Positions 49,044-59,384 of a stretch of 64,000 bases of DNA are shown in pieces (the first letter of the stretch is position 1; every line of letters starts with the position of its first letter). The notes under the pieces are model-generated. The model did no database searches and was not told the origin of the DNA. It saw nothing but the letters and a program-made list of their open reading frames with translations. Location of the stretch: positions 1,792,001 through 1,856,000 of the forward strand of contig JASGJH010000001.1 in the NCBI GenBank assembly GCA_047601445.1, written 5' to 3'. The translations under genes and the position numbers were made by a program. This DNA is from Myxococcales bacterium. Lineage in GTDB: Bacteria; Myxococcota_A; Polyangia; Polyangiales; DASUME01.

Positions 49044-50193
49044 ATGACACTCACGATCAGCGAACAGCGAGCCGAGCTCGCGGACCTGGTCCAGCGCCTC
49101 TCGGTGCTGGGGAGGTACCTTTGACGTCGACGGTCTTCGCCACAAAATCGAAAGCCTGAACCACGACACCCAGGCGCCCGGCTTCTGGGACAACCAGGAG
49201 AGCGCCCAGAAGCTCTTGCGCGAGCGCGCGGGCTACGAGGGCACCGTGGAGCGCTTCGACAAGCTCAGCAAGGAAGCCGCCGATCTCAGCGAGCTACTCG
49301 AGTTGGCCGCGGCCGACAACGACGAGGGCATGCTGCAAGAGGTGGCCGGACAGCTGCCGGGCCTGGCCGAGGGCGTGCGCAAGCTCGAGCTCATGCGCAT
49401 GCTGTCGGGAGCGGAGGACAAGTCGGACGCCATCGTGTCCATCCATCCGGGCGCGGGCGGCATCGATGCCCAAGACTGGGCCGAGATCTTGATGCGCATG
49501 TACCTGCGCTGGTGCGAGAAGAAGGGCTTCAAGACCGAGGTCATCGACCACCAGCCGGGCGACGAAGCGGGCATCAAGGACGTGAGCTTCACGGTCTCGG
49601 GGCCCAACGCCTACGGGTTCTTGCGCTCGGAGAACGGCGTGCACCGGCTGATTCGCATCAGCCCGTTCGACGCTAACGCGCGCCGACAGACCTCGTTTGC
49701 AGCGGTGTTCGTGGTGCCCGACCTCGACGAGGACATCGGGGACATCGTGATCAAGCCCGAGGACCTTAAGGTGGACACCTTCCGAGCGGGCGGCGCCGGC
49801 GGTCAGCACGTGAACAAGACCGAGTCCGCGGTACGCTTCACGCACATCCCCACGGGCATCGTGGTGGCGTGCCAGCAGGAGCGCTCTCAGCACAAGAACC
49901 GCGCCACTGCGATGAAGATGCTGCGCGGACGCCTGTACGAGCGGGCTCGCCTCGAGCGCGAAGCGGCCTTCGAGAAGGCCTATGGCGGCTCCAACAAGAA
50001 CGACATCGACTTCGGCTCGCAGATCCGCAGCTACACCATGGCCCCGTACACCCTGGTGAAGGACGAGCGTACGGAGCACAAGATCTCGCAGGTAGAGGCC
50101 GTGCTCGACGGCGACATCGACGAGTTCATCGAGGCCTTCCTGCTGATGAAGGCCAACCGCAAGGCCGCCGCCGAAAAGGGCACGGCTAGCTGA
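49044..50193 (+). CDS. prfB: Peptide chain release factor 2 (programmed +1 frameshift after codon 26)
   Basis: MTLTISEQRAELADLVQRLSVLGRYL, then CTT TGA C, continuing in +1 as DVDGLRHK...FWDN; SPF and GGQ motifs present. Confidence 0.97.
49110..49125 (+). promoter_or_regulatory. prfB autoregulatory frameshift signal
   Basis: GGGAGG TAC CTT TGA C: internal SD, 3-nt spacer, slippery CUU UGA C. Confidence 0.95.
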
Positions 50194-50220
50194 GTTCCAG
50201 ATCTGCACGAGTGGCCAAAG

Positions 50221-50241
50221 CGCGCGCCCCTGGGGCGCGCG
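50221..50241. other. Perfect inverted repeat between prfB and lysS
   Basis: CGCGCGCCCC-T-GGGGCGCGCG; no U-tract follows. Confidence 0.4.
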
Positions 50242-50261
50242 AGCAATGAGGAGTAGCCCCG

Positions 50262-51893
50262 GTGGCATCCGAAGAAGAGTTGATTCGCGCAAGGCGCGCC
50301 AAGTTCGAGAAGCTGGAGCAGGCTGGCACCCGGGCCTACCCCAACACCTTCCGCGGCGACGAGGCGGAGCGCAAAGAGGCGCTGGCGGTGGCCAACGACG
50401 AGGCACGCCGCGCTGCGCTACCCAGCGAGACCGATCTCAAGGGCGACGAGCGCAGCTACAGCTTGTTTGGTCGCGTGGCCGCCAAGCGCGGCCCGTTCCT
50501 GGTCATCCGCACGCCCTTCGGAGACATGCAGGCCTTGGTCCGCAAGGACAAGCTGAGCGAGGCCTCCGCCGCCCAGCTGGCCGCGGTCGACCTGAGCGAT
50601 TTCGTGGGCGTGCGCGGTCCGTTGATCCGCACCGGCACGGGCGCCGCGGCGGTTCGCGCCGACAGCTACGAACACGTGGGCAAGGCAGTCCTTCCGCCGC
50701 CGGACAAGTGGCACGGCCTGACGGACGTCGAGAAGCGCTACCGCGAGCGCTATGTCGATCTGTTCGCGAGCCCCGAGGTCGCCCAGGTGTTCCGTGCCCG
50801 CTCGTTGCTGGTGCGCTCCTTGCGCAGCTTCTTCGACGAGCGCGGCTTCTTGGAGGTGGAGACCCCGCTCTTGCACCCGCTGCGCGGCGGCGCCACCGCT
50901 AAGCCCTTCAACACCCACCACAACACCCTCGACATGAGCCTCTACCTGCGCATCGCGCCGGAGCTCTACCTCAAGCGCCTGTTGGTCGGTGGGCTGGAGC
51001 GCGTCTACGAGATCGGTCGCTGCTTCCGCAACGAAGGCGTCAGCACGCGGCATAACCCCGAGTTCACCATCCTCGAGTTCTACATGGCTTACGCCAACTG
51101 TGACGACCTGATCGGTCTCACGGAAAGCCTGTTGCGCTCGGTCGACGAGAACCTACGAGCCACCTTCCCTGCCCTCGCGGCGGAACGCGCTTTCGACCTA
51201 AGCGAACCGTTCGCGCGCGTGCCCATGCGCCAGGCCATCGCCGACCGCGTGGCACGCTCGGGCCAGGGCGAGCTCGCTCCCACCCCCTTCGACGGACTCA
51301 TCGATGGCGACGTGCTGCGCTCTCCCGAGAAGCTCGAGGCGTTGATCGCGAGTAAGCTCGACCAGCTGCCACCCGAAATGCGCGGTCCCCTGAAGAAGGC
51401 TCACAGCCACGGCGAGCGCATCTACGTGCTCTACGAGCTCCTGGCCGAACCCGACCTGCCCAAGCTCTACCGCAATCGCGACGGTTCCAAGTCTCTGCCC
51501 GTGTTCATCATGGAGTACCCCTTCGAGGTCTCCCCGCTGGCGCGCCGCAACGACCAAGATCCCGCGTTCGTCGATCGCTTCGAGCTCTTCGTCGAAGGCC
51601 GCGAAGTGGCCAATGCGTTCAGCGAGCTGAACGACCCCGAGGATCAGGCCAGTCGCTTCCGCAGCCAGCTCGACAACCGCGCCCGCGGTGATGACGAAGC
51701 CATGGACTTCGACGCCGACTACATCCGCGCGCTCTCCTACGGCATGCCCCCGGCGGCTGGCTTCGGGCTCGGCGTCGATCGCCTCGTGATGCTGCTCTGC
51801 AATCAGCCCTCCATCCGAGATGTCCTGTTGTTCCCGCTGATGCGCGCCGAGGCCAAGGCACCGACGCGTGAGCAGCCCCCGGAGGCTCGGTGA
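50262..51893 (+). CDS. lysS: Lysine--tRNA ligase (class II)
   Basis: KWHGLTDVEKRYRERYVDL, FLEVETP, YLRIAPELYLKRL, FRNEG, HNPEFT, ANAFSELNDP, GMPPAAGFGLGVDRL. Confidence 0.97.
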   Translation: MASEEELIRARRAKFEKLEQAGTRAYPNTFRGDEAERKEALAVANDEARRAALPSETDLKGDERSYSLFGRVAAKRGPFLVIRTPFGDMQALVRKDKLSEASAAQLAAVDLSDFVGVRGPLIRTGTGAAAVRADSYEHVGKAVLPPPDKWHGLTDVEKRYRERYVDLFASPEVAQVFRARSLLVRSLRSFFDERGFLEVETPLLHPLRGGATAKPFNTHHNTLDMSLYLRIAPELYLKRLLVGGLERVYEIGRCFRNEGVSTRHNPEFTILEFYMAYANCDDLIGLTESLLRSVDENLRATFPALAAERAFDLSEPFARVPMRQAIADRVARSGQGELAPTPFDGLIDGDVLRSPEKLEALIASKLDQLPPEMRGPLKKAHSHGERIYVLYELLAEPDLPKLYRNRDGSKSLPVFIMEYPFEVSPLARRNDQDPAFVDRFELFVEGREVANAFSELNDPEDQASRFRSQLDNRARGDDEAMDFDADYIRALSYGMPPAAGFGLGVDRLVMLLCNQPSIRDVLLFPLMRAEAKAPTREQPPEAR

Positions 51894-54085
51894 GGACCTC
51901 CACGGCGCCGGTCGCATTGCGTGGCGCCGTGGTGGCGGGCGGCCTTTCCGCCCTCGCGATATTGGGCATCGTCCTGGCCCACCCTGCTCCCTTCGATCGC
52001 CTGCGCGCCGCGGCTTTTCAGCCGGGCTATTGGGGCGTGGTCGCGGGTTACGTGGTGCTTGCGGGGCTCGCGCTGCGGTTGGCCGTGCGCAGCCAACGCA
52101 TGCCGCAGGGGATGCCCGGACGCCTGCGCACCGGCGTCTTGGCCTACGCCTTCCTGGCGCTCGGGCTGGGCGGCGCAAGTCTGTTCAGCGTACTGCTGAG
52201 AACGGCCCCGGAGCTCCCGCCCGGCACCCCCATCGGCCTCGAAGACGCCATTTTGATGTTCCCGCGTCCCCTCCAGATCGCCCTGGTGGTGTCGAGCGTG
52301 GTGGGTGGCGTGGGTGCCCTGGTGGGCTTGGTCTCGCTGATCGGCTTGTGGTTCCTGCTGCCACTCAAGCTGCGGGGCGTGCTGTTCGCGCTGGTCGACG
52401 TGCTGCTGCTGGGCGGTACCACGTGGCTCACCTGGAAGTTCAGCTTCCAGCCCACGAGCACGCAGCCGAACGACCTCGTGGGGCCGAGCGCGCGACTCCT
52501 GGTGACCTTCTTGTTCGGGGTCCGCATGGCGGCGCGCCTGTTGCCCTATGCACTCGACGGCATCGAAGGCATCGACTTCCGCTCCTTGGTCGCGGCACGC
52601 CACCTGCGCGCAAAGAAGAGCGGCTTCTTGGCCGCCATCAGCTTCCTCTCCATCCTGGCGGTCAGCGTGTCCTCCTGTGCCCTCACCACCACGCTCTCCG
52701 TGATGGGCGGCTTCCGCCAGGACCTGAAGCGCAAGATCCTCGGCAACAACGCGCACATCGTGGTCGATCAGCCCAACGGCAAGATCGGAACCTTCGAGCC
52801 TCTGGTCGAGACCACGCGCGGGGTCGCGGACGTCAAAGGAGTCTCCCCCTACGTCACGGGCGAGGTCATGATCTCGAGCGCGTCGAACTTGGCCGGCGCC
52901 GTGCTGCGAGGCATCGACGTGTCCCAGATCGGACAGGTCAGCGATCTCCCCCAGAACATGAAGGTGGGGAGCCTCGACTACCTGTCCCACCCCGAGAAGC
53001 TGCTGCGGCTACCGGCCACGCAGCTAGGCGTGAGCATCCTTCCCAAGGTCACGCGCGCGAACAGTGAGAGCGAGACCGATCGGCAGAAAGCTGCGCGCCT
53101 CACCAGGGAGCTCCGCGACATCCTCGGCGCCGACGCCGGTCTCGACCCCATCGAGGGCCTCGATGAAGAGGAAGAGGAAGAGGAAGAAGAAACCGAGGCA
53201 GCCGCACTGCTCGCCCCCAAACCGGGTACTCCGGAGGTCGAGCAACCCCACGTGGAAGGCGCGCAGCCAAGCGTGGTCAGTGCGGGTTCCAGTCTGCCCG
53301 GCATCGTCGTCGGCCAGGAGCTCGCGCGCAGCTTGAGGCTGTACCTCGGGGACGAAGTCAACGTCGTCACCCCCCTGGGCGATCTGGGACCGACCGGTCC
53401 GATGCCCAAATCGCGCGCCTTTCGCGTGGCCGGCATCTTCTACAGCGGCATGTACGAGTACGACATGAAGTTCGCGTACGTGACCCTGGAGGCCGCCCAA
53501 AAGTTCCTCGGAGCTCCCAGTGCCATCAGTGGCATCGAGGTCACCGTCAACGAACCCGAGCGCGCCCGTGAGACCGCGGCGCGCATCGAGAAGGCCCTGG
53601 CCCGGCCCGACCTACGGGTGCGCGGCTGGGAAGAGCTCAACAAGAACCTGTTCGGGGCGCTCGCGCTCGAAAAGCTCGCCATGTTCATCGCGCTGGGGCT
53701 CACCATCCTCGTGGCGAGCTTCTGCATTTTCAGCACGCTCACGTTGATGGTCCAGGAGAAGGGACGCGAGGTCGCCGTGCTCAAGGCGATGGGCGCGGCC
53801 GATCGTGCCATCGTGTCCATCTTCGTGCTCGAAGGCACCATGATCGCGGTGCTCGGTTCGTTCATGGGCCTGGCCATGGGTTACGTCATGTGCTTCGCCA
53901 TGGAGCACTTCGGCGTGCGCCTCAACCCCGAGGTCTATTACATTGACCGCCTGCCGGTTCACACCGACGGCAGCGAGTTCTTCACGGTCGGCCTGGCCGC
54001 CATGCTGGTCTGCGTGATCGTCACCATCTATCCCGCCAAACTTGCGTCACGCCTGCAACCCGTGGACGCCTTACGCTACGAATGA
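51890..54085 (+). CDS. lolE: Lipoprotein-releasing ABC permease LolC/E with extra N-terminal membrane domain and acidic insertion
   Basis: [71 protein letters not shown]. Confidence 0.88.
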   Translation: MRTSTAPVALRGAVVAGGLSALAILGIVLAHPAPFDRLRAAAFQPGYWGVVAGYVVLAGLALRLAVRSQRMPQGMPGRLRTGVLAYAFLALGLGGASLFSVLLRTAPELPPGTPIGLEDAILMFPRPLQIALVVSSVVGGVGALVGLVSLIGLWFLLPLKLRGVLFALVDVLLLGGTTWLTWKFSFQPTSTQPNDLVGPSARLLVTFLFGVRMAARLLPYALDGIEGIDFRSLVAARHLRAKKSGFLAAISFLSILAVSVSSCALTTTLSVMGGFRQDLKRKILGNNAHIVVDQPNGKIGTFEPLVETTRGVADVKGVSPYVTGEVMISSASNLAGAVLRGIDVSQIGQVSDLPQNMKVGSLDYLSHPEKLLRLPATQLGVSILPKVTRANSESETDRQKAARLTRELRDILGADAGLDPIEGLDEEEEEEEEETEAAALLAPKPGTPEVEQPHVEGAQPSVVSAGSSLPGIVVGQELARSLRLYLGDEVNVVTPLGDLGPTGPMPKSRAFRVAGIFYSGMYEYDMKFAYVTLEAAQKFLGAPSAISGIEVTVNEPERARETAARIEKALARPDLRVRGWEELNKNLFGALALEKLAMFIALGLTILVASFCIFSTLTLMVQEKGREVAVLKAMGAADRAIVSIFVLEGTMIAVLGSFMGLAMGYVMCFAMEHFGVRLNPEVYYIDRLPVHTDGSEFFTVGLAAMLVCVIVTIYPAKLASRLQPVDALRYE

Positions 54086-54104
54086 GCCGCTACGAGTGAG
54101 CCCC

Positions 54105-54845
54105 ATGGCCGAGCCTGTCGCAAAGTCGCTTCCGCTGGTAGAAGTCCGAGGTGTCACCAAGCGCTTCTTTCACGAGGGGCGCGAGCTGGTCATCCTGAAC
54201 CCCATCGAGCTCACCATCGAGCGCGGTGAGATGCTGAGTATCGTGGGAGCTTCAGGCGCCGGGAAGAGCACGCTGCTGCATCTGCTCGGGACCCTCGATC
54301 TCCCGTCCGAGGGGCACATCCTGTTCGAGGGTCAGGACGTCACGGCCTACTCGAGCTCCCAGCTGGCGCAGTTCCGCAACGCGACCCTGGGCTTCGTCTT
54401 CCAGTTCCATCACCTGCTGCCCGAGTTCTCTGCCCTGGAGAACGTGCTGATGCCGGGCCTCATCCGCGGGCTCGCGCGCAGCAAGCTGGAGCCCCGGGCC
54501 CGCGAATTGCTCAACGAAGTGGGCCTCACGCACCGCCTGGCACATCGCCCCGGGGAGCTCTCGGGGGGCGAGCAACAGCGCGTGGCCCTGGCGCGCGCTC
54601 TGGTCATGGATCCGAAACTGGTGCTAGCGGACGAACCCACGGGCAACCTGGATTCGGCCACCAGTGAGGCCATCCACGAGCTGTTTTTCCGGCTGAACCG
54701 TAGCCACGGCACCACCTTTCTGATCGTCACCCACAGTCGTGATCTCGCGGCGCGCATGCCGCGCGTGGTGCACATGCGCGACGGTCGGATCGAGCGCGAC
54801 GAACGCCGGAACTCACCTTCCTCCGAGGGTGGCTTGGCCAGCTGA
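54105..54845 (+). CDS. lolD: Lipoprotein-releasing ABC ATPase LolD
   Basis: [37 protein letters not shown]. Confidence 0.93.
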   Translation: MAEPVAKSLPLVEVRGVTKRFFHEGRELVILNPIELTIERGEMLSIVGASGAGKSTLLHLLGTLDLPSEGHILFEGQDVTAYSSSQLAQFRNATLGFVFQFHHLLPEFSALENVLMPGLIRGLARSKLEPRARELLNEVGLTHRLAHRPGELSGGEQQRVALARALVMDPKLVLADEPTGNLDSATSEAIHELFFRLNRSHGTTFLIVTHSRDLAARMPRVVHMRDGRIERDERRNSPSSEGGLAS

Positions 54846-55040
54846 GCAGGGGCCGGACGGCCTCCGTTTTTGGTGGCGGCTCGAGTCGCCCAGCGCTCGC
54901 TGCGACCCGGTCCCCAATCTCGAAATTTCCCAGAATCTGCACGCCCTTTCGCTGCGCTCAGGACTGGCGCCCAGAACCCTCACGGGCTACACCGGCCCTG
55001 CCTCGGGGCAAGCCCGCCTCGGCTGATCTTGCACCACGGC

Positions 55041-57695
55041 ATGAAGCGCCTCGTCACGCTCCTCGCACTCATCGCGATCGCTCTCGCTGCGTTCGCAGGC
55101 GACGCGCATGCGCAGTTCGGCCAGAAGAAACCCGAGCCGAAACCGGCCCCCAAAGCACCTCCGCCTCCTCCGCCCGAACCGGAGCCCGAAGCGCAGTTCG
55201 AGCCCGAAGCGCCCGTCGCGCCGGCAGAGCCTGTCGGCCCGGCTGCCACGCAGCCCGCCTGGGAAGAAGATGCCGGAGCGCCCGAAGAAGCCGCGGCGGA
55301 AGAAGAGCAAGAGATCGCCCCGCGCGCCGAAGCACCCACCGTGATGGTGCCGCGTACCATCTGCGAAGGACGTCGCATCGGCGCCGTCGAGGTCAGTGGC
55401 AACGGCCGCGTGTCGGCGGACGACGTGCGCGCCAGCATGAAGCTCAAGCCGGGCCTCAACTGCAGCGATGCCGAGGTGGCCCGAGACGCCAAAGCGCTCT
55501 GGGATCTGGGCTATTTCGACGATTTGATCTTCCGCGCCCGCCTCGAGGGCGAGCTCGTGATCCTCAACCTCGAGGTCAAGGAGCGCCCCGCGATCGGCAA
55601 GATCACCTTCGAAGGCGACGACGAGATCGACGAAGAGGACATCGACGAGAAGGTCACGCTCGAAGTCGGCGCCATCCTGGTGGAGAACGAGGTCCGCGAC
55701 CAGATCCCCAAGATCCGCGACGTGTACGCCGAGGAGGGCTTTTTCCTGGCCAAGGTCAGCTACCGGCTGATCGCCATGCCCAACAACCAGGTGAACGTTC
55801 GCTTCGACATCGTGGAGGGTCCCGAGGTCTCGGTGCGTCGCATCCAGTTCGTGGGGAACGACCACCTGAGCGACGACGACATCCTCGAGTTCATGCGCAC
55901 GCACCCCACGGGGTTCTTCTCGTTCTTGAACTCGAACGACACCTTCAAGCGCGAGTTCTTCGACGAGGACGTGCTGCGCATCCAGGCCCTCTACTACGAC
56001 AAGGGCTACCTCAACGTGCAGGTGCTGCCGCCGCGCGTGGAGCTCACGCCGGACCGTCAGCAAATCGACATCACCATCCCCATCAAGGAAGGTCCGCGCT
56101 TCAGGATCGGCCGCCTGCGCGTGGTGGAGTACGACAACAACGGCAACGAGGTCGAGCCGCTGGGCGGACGCCGCGCAGTGCGCGAGAAGGTCACCGCGCA
56201 ACCCGGGGACTGGTTCAGCCGCACCAAGTTGTCCGAGGGCATCGAGGGCATCACCCGCCACTACCGCGACGAGAGCTTCGCCAAGGTCGAGGTCGAACCC
56301 GAGACGCAGCTCGAACCCGAGCGCAACACCGTGCACATCACGGTGGGCATCCGGCGCGGCCCCGAGTGTCACGTCGAGCGCATCGAAATCCAGGGCAATG
56401 ACAAGACACGCGACCGCGTGATCCGCCGCGAAATCCTGATCACCGAGGGCGAGAAGTACAGCCAGTCGATGGTCGAGCGCAGCAAGGACCGCATCACGGC
56501 CCTCGGCTACTTCGAGCGCGTGGACATGTCGGAGGCCGACGGCGCGACCCCCGACGGGCTCATCATCACCTACGAGGTGAAGGAACGCGCCACCGGTACG
56601 TTCCAGGTCGGCGCGGGCTTCTCCTCGATCGAGCAGTTCATCCTGACAGCCCAGGTCGACCAGCAGAACCTGTTCGGCCATGGCCAGTCGCTGTCCTTGC
56701 AAGCGCAGATCTCGGGCATTCGCCAGCTGGTCCAGATTCAGTTCGTCGAGCCCTATTTGATGAGCACCATGTGGTCGCTCTCGGTCGACGGCACGCGCAC
56801 CAGCAACGCCTTCCAGGCCTTCACCACGCGCACTACGGGCGGCGGCCTCACGCTCGGTCACCCGGTGTTCAGTCGCAACCTGCGTCTGGCCCTGCGCTAC
56901 AGCGCGGACTTCGTCGAAGTCGGCGCCACCACGGGTGGCTTTTTCACCGCAAGTGCCCAAGGTGCCGCAGCACAGCAGCGGACCCCGTTGGCCAACACCC
57001 AGCTCGGCGGCTTCACGAGCGCGCTGCGCCTCTCCCTCACCTGGGACTCGCGCGACAACCGTATGTTCCCGACCAAGGGCATCTACTCCTCGCTCTCGCA
57101 GGAAGTCGCGGACCCGTGGCTCGGCTCGCAGCGAACCTTCGCCCGCACCAAGTTTTTCGCACGCTTCTACTACCCGTTGTTCTGGGGCATGGTGCTCCGC
57201 CTCAACACCGAGGCCGGCCTCATCACCTCACGCAACCCCAAAGGCGTGCCGCTCTACGAGCGCTTCTACCTGGGTGGCATTCTCAGCGTTCGTGGGTTCC
57301 CCTATTGGGGCCTGGGACCGCGCGCCTACTTTCCGTCCACGGTAGATCCGAACGCACCGAACGTCTCCACCCGCATCGGCGGCAACGCACTCTTGCGCTC
57401 CAACTTGGAGCTCGAGTTCCCCATCCTGACGTCGGTGGGCATCAAGGGCGTCATCTTCACCGACGCTGGCAACGTGTGGAACCTCGAGAAGCAGAAGTGC
57501 GACCTGCCCGAGGAGCCGATGCAGGACAACGCCCGAAAGGTCTGCGGCTTCAACAAGCTCCGATACTCCTGGGGCTTCGGCGTGCGCTGGTTCTCTCCGA
57601 TGGGCCCGTTGCGCTTCGAGTGGGGCTTCCCCATCGCCCGCCGCTCCTACGACGACAAGGTCAACTTCCAGTTCACCATCGGCCAGTTCTTCTAG
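55041..57695 (+). CDS. bamA: Outer membrane protein assembly factor BamA
   Basis: Signal peptide, Pro/Glu linker, five POTRA-like repeats (GNDKTRDRVIRRE), VRGF motif, C-terminal SPMGPLRFEWG...FTIGQFF. Confidence 0.96.
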   Translation: MKRLVTLLALIAIALAAFAGDAHAQFGQKKPEPKPAPKAPPPPPPEPEPEAQFEPEAPVAPAEPVGPAATQPAWEEDAGAPEEAAAEEEQEIAPRAEAPTVMVPRTICEGRRIGAVEVSGNGRVSADDVRASMKLKPGLNCSDAEVARDAKALWDLGYFDDLIFRARLEGELVILNLEVKERPAIGKITFEGDDEIDEEDIDEKVTLEVGAILVENEVRDQIPKIRDVYAEEGFFLAKVSYRLIAMPNNQVNVRFDIVEGPEVSVRRIQFVGNDHLSDDDILEFMRTHPTGFFSFLNSNDTFKREFFDEDVLRIQALYYDKGYLNVQVLPPRVELTPDRQQIDITIPIKEGPRFRIGRLRVVEYDNNGNEVEPLGGRRAVREKVTAQPGDWFSRTKLSEGIEGITRHYRDESFAKVEVEPETQLEPERNTVHITVGIRRGPECHVERIEIQGNDKTRDRVIRREILITEGEKYSQSMVERSKDRITALGYFERVDMSEADGATPDGLIITYEVKERATGTFQVGAGFSSIEQFILTAQVDQQNLFGHGQSLSLQAQISGIRQLVQIQFVEPYLMSTMWSLSVDGTRTSNAFQAFTTRTTGGGLTLGHPVFSRNLRLALRYSADFVEVGATTGGFFTASAQGAAAQQRTPLANTQLGGFTSALRLSLTWDSRDNRMFPTKGIYSSLSQEVADPWLGSQRTFARTKFFARFYYPLFWGMVLRLNTEAGLITSRNPKGVPLYERFYLGGILSVRGFPYWGLGPRAYFPSTVDPNAPNVSTRIGGNALLRSNLELEFPILTSVGIKGVIFTDAGNVWNLEKQKCDLPEEPMQDNARKVCGFNKLRYSWGFGVRWFSPMGPLRFEWGFPIARRSYDDKVNFQFTIGQFF

Positions 57696-57700
57696 TTTTC

Positions 57701-57851
57701 GGGGAGGTCACGCGACCTCCCCGCCCGTCGCGGCAAAGCCGCGCCGCGGCCCACCCCGCCGCGAGGTTCGCTGCGCTCACGGAGTGCTCTCTCCTTCCAG
57801 GAGCGAGGTCACGCGACCTCCCCGCCCGTCGCGAGGTTCGCTGCGCTCACG
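57701..57851 (+). repeat. Two tandem copies of a REP-like palindromic element
   Basis: GAGGTCACGCGACCTCCCCGCCCGTCGCG at 57704-57732 and 57805-57833; GCGAGGTTCGCTGCGCTCACG at 57761-57781 and 57831-57851. Confidence 0.8.
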
Positions 57852-58077
57852 AGTCCCGCCAGCCGGCCTGCATGGGGCACGTGCGCTCCGCGCCAGCTCG
57901 CCTGGGGCAATCTGGCAGGCCGTAAAAAGACCTGTGAATCCGGCCAGGAGCTCGGGCGTCCGCGCCTTCGTGTGCGCGCCTGCCAGCATGTTTCGAGTTA
58001 GGCACGCCGCCTGCTTCCTGCTTGACCGGACCATGCCCAGCAGGTAGCAACCCGCCCAGAAGAAAAGGAATTTCTCC

Positions 58078-58680
58078 ATGACTCTCAAGCTCGGCCTTGC
58101 CCGCTCCATCCTGTCTCTGCTCGCCGTGCTCGTGCTCTCGGGGCTCATGCCCAAGGCTGCGTTCGCGCAGGCCGCCAAGATTGGCGTGGTCGACCTTCAG
58201 CGCGCCATCAACGAGACCGAAGACGGCCGCAAGTCGAAGGACAAGCTCAAGAAGCTTTTCGAGAGCCGTCAGACGGGCCTCGACAAGAAGCAAGAGGACC
58301 TCAAGAAGCTCAAGGAAGAGATCGAGAAGCAGCAGAGCCTGTGGACGCCCGAGGTTCGCCAGCAGAAGATCGAGTCCTATCAGAAGCAACTTGTGGACCT
58401 GCAGCAGATCTACGTGGACTACCAGCGGGAGCTCGCGGAGAAGGAAGGCGAGCTCACCAAGACCATCGTGGAGCGCATGGAGAAGATCTTGCGCCGCATC
58501 GGTCAGACCGACGGCTACACGCTGATCATGGAGCGCAGTGAGGCAGGCATCATCTACGTGCCCACCAATCTCGACCTCACGGACATCGTGATCCAGCGCT
58601 ACAACGCCGGCGAAGGCGCCGAGGCCACGCCCAAGGCGGCGGCTCCTGCCAAGCCCGCCGCGCCCGCCAAGCCCAAGTGA
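58078..58680 (+). CDS. skp: OmpH/Skp periplasmic chaperone
   Basis: Signal peptide, KIGVVDLQRAI, coiled coil, DLTDIVIQRYN; follows bamA. Confidence 0.93.
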   Translation: MTLKLGLARSILSLLAVLVLSGLMPKAAFAQAAKIGVVDLQRAINETEDGRKSKDKLKKLFESRQTGLDKKQEDLKKLKEEIEKQQSLWTPEVRQQKIESYQKQLVDLQQIYVDYQRELAEKEGELTKTIVERMEKILRRIGQTDGYTLIMERSEAGIIYVPTNLDLTDIVIQRYNAGEGAEATPKAAAPAKPAAPAKPK

Positions 58681-58743
58681 CGCAGCGCGCGGAGGCAAAG
58701 GCTCAGTCGCTCTGAGCCGCCCCGCGCCCTCGAATCAAAGCGC

Positions 58744-58822
58744 CTCGTGAGCGCGCGAACCTCGCCTCGGGTGGTCCCAAGAGGCAGAGCCGCGACGGGC
58801 GGGAGGGCGCGTGCCCTCCCCC
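58744..58822 (-). repeat. Third, inverted copy of the REP-like element
   Basis: Reverse complement reads GGGGGAGGGCACGCGCCCTCCCGCCCGTCGCGGC...CCACCC...GCGAGGTTCGCGCGCTCACGAG. Confidence 0.78.
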
Positions 58823-58891
58823 TGCGGTGACGAACGCGCACTCCCATGACGTGGCAAGCGCGCCCGTGATAACCTGGACGCTGACTTCCCC

Positions 58892-59359
58892 ATGAGTACG
58901 AGCACGTCACTCACGTTCGATCTTCCGCAGATTCTGCGCATCCTCCCGCATCGCGCGCCCTTCGTGCTGCTCGACCGCGTGATCGACATCCAGCCGCGGA
59001 AGAGCGCGCGCGCGCTGAAGTGCGTGACCTACAACGAGCCGTTCTTCCCGGGGCACTTCCCTGGCAAGCCCATCTTCCCGGGTGTGCTCATGCTGGAGGC
59101 CTTGGCTCAGCTCATCGGGGTGCTCGCGTACGCCTCCGAGCCCTTCGATAGCAACCAGAAGATCATGTACTTCATGGGCATCGACAAGGCTCGGTTCAGG
59201 GCGCCGGTGGTGCCGGGAGACCGCATGGTGCTCGACGTGCAGGTGCTGCAGCGCAAGTCCAACATCTGGAAATGCGCGGGCGCGGCCAGCGTGGACGACG
59301 CCGTGTGCGCCGAGGCCGAGCTGCTCGCGGCCATCGTCGATCGCGAAGACCGCACCTAG
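58892..59359 (+). CDS. fabZ: 3-hydroxyacyl-ACP dehydratase FabZ
   Basis: LPHRAPFVLLDRV, GHFPGKPIFPGVLMLEALAQ, ARFRAPVVPGD. Confidence 0.96.
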   Translation: MSTSTSLTFDLPQILRILPHRAPFVLLDRVIDIQPRKSARALKCVTYNEPFFPGHFPGKPIFPGVLMLEALAQLIGVLAYASEPFDSNQKIMYFMGIDKARFRAPVVPGDRMVLDVQVLQRKSNIWKCAGAASVDDAVCAEAELLAAIVDREDRT

Positions 59360-59384
59360 CGCGCGCGCGCAGACTCGCGGGACC

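Noticed and set aside
49044..49124. prfB as a pseudogene with a premature stop
   Set aside because: It is the canonical programmed frameshift signal.
57701..57851. Possible mini CRISPR array
   Set aside because: Only two tandem units with interleaved motifs and irregular spacing, a further inverted copy, and no cas genes. Fits a REP-like repeat better.
58000..58015. Sigma-54-like AGGCACGCCGCCTGCT upstream of skp
   Set aside because: Spacing is correct but there are mismatches at conserved positions, and a competing TTGACC lies just downstream. Not enough support.
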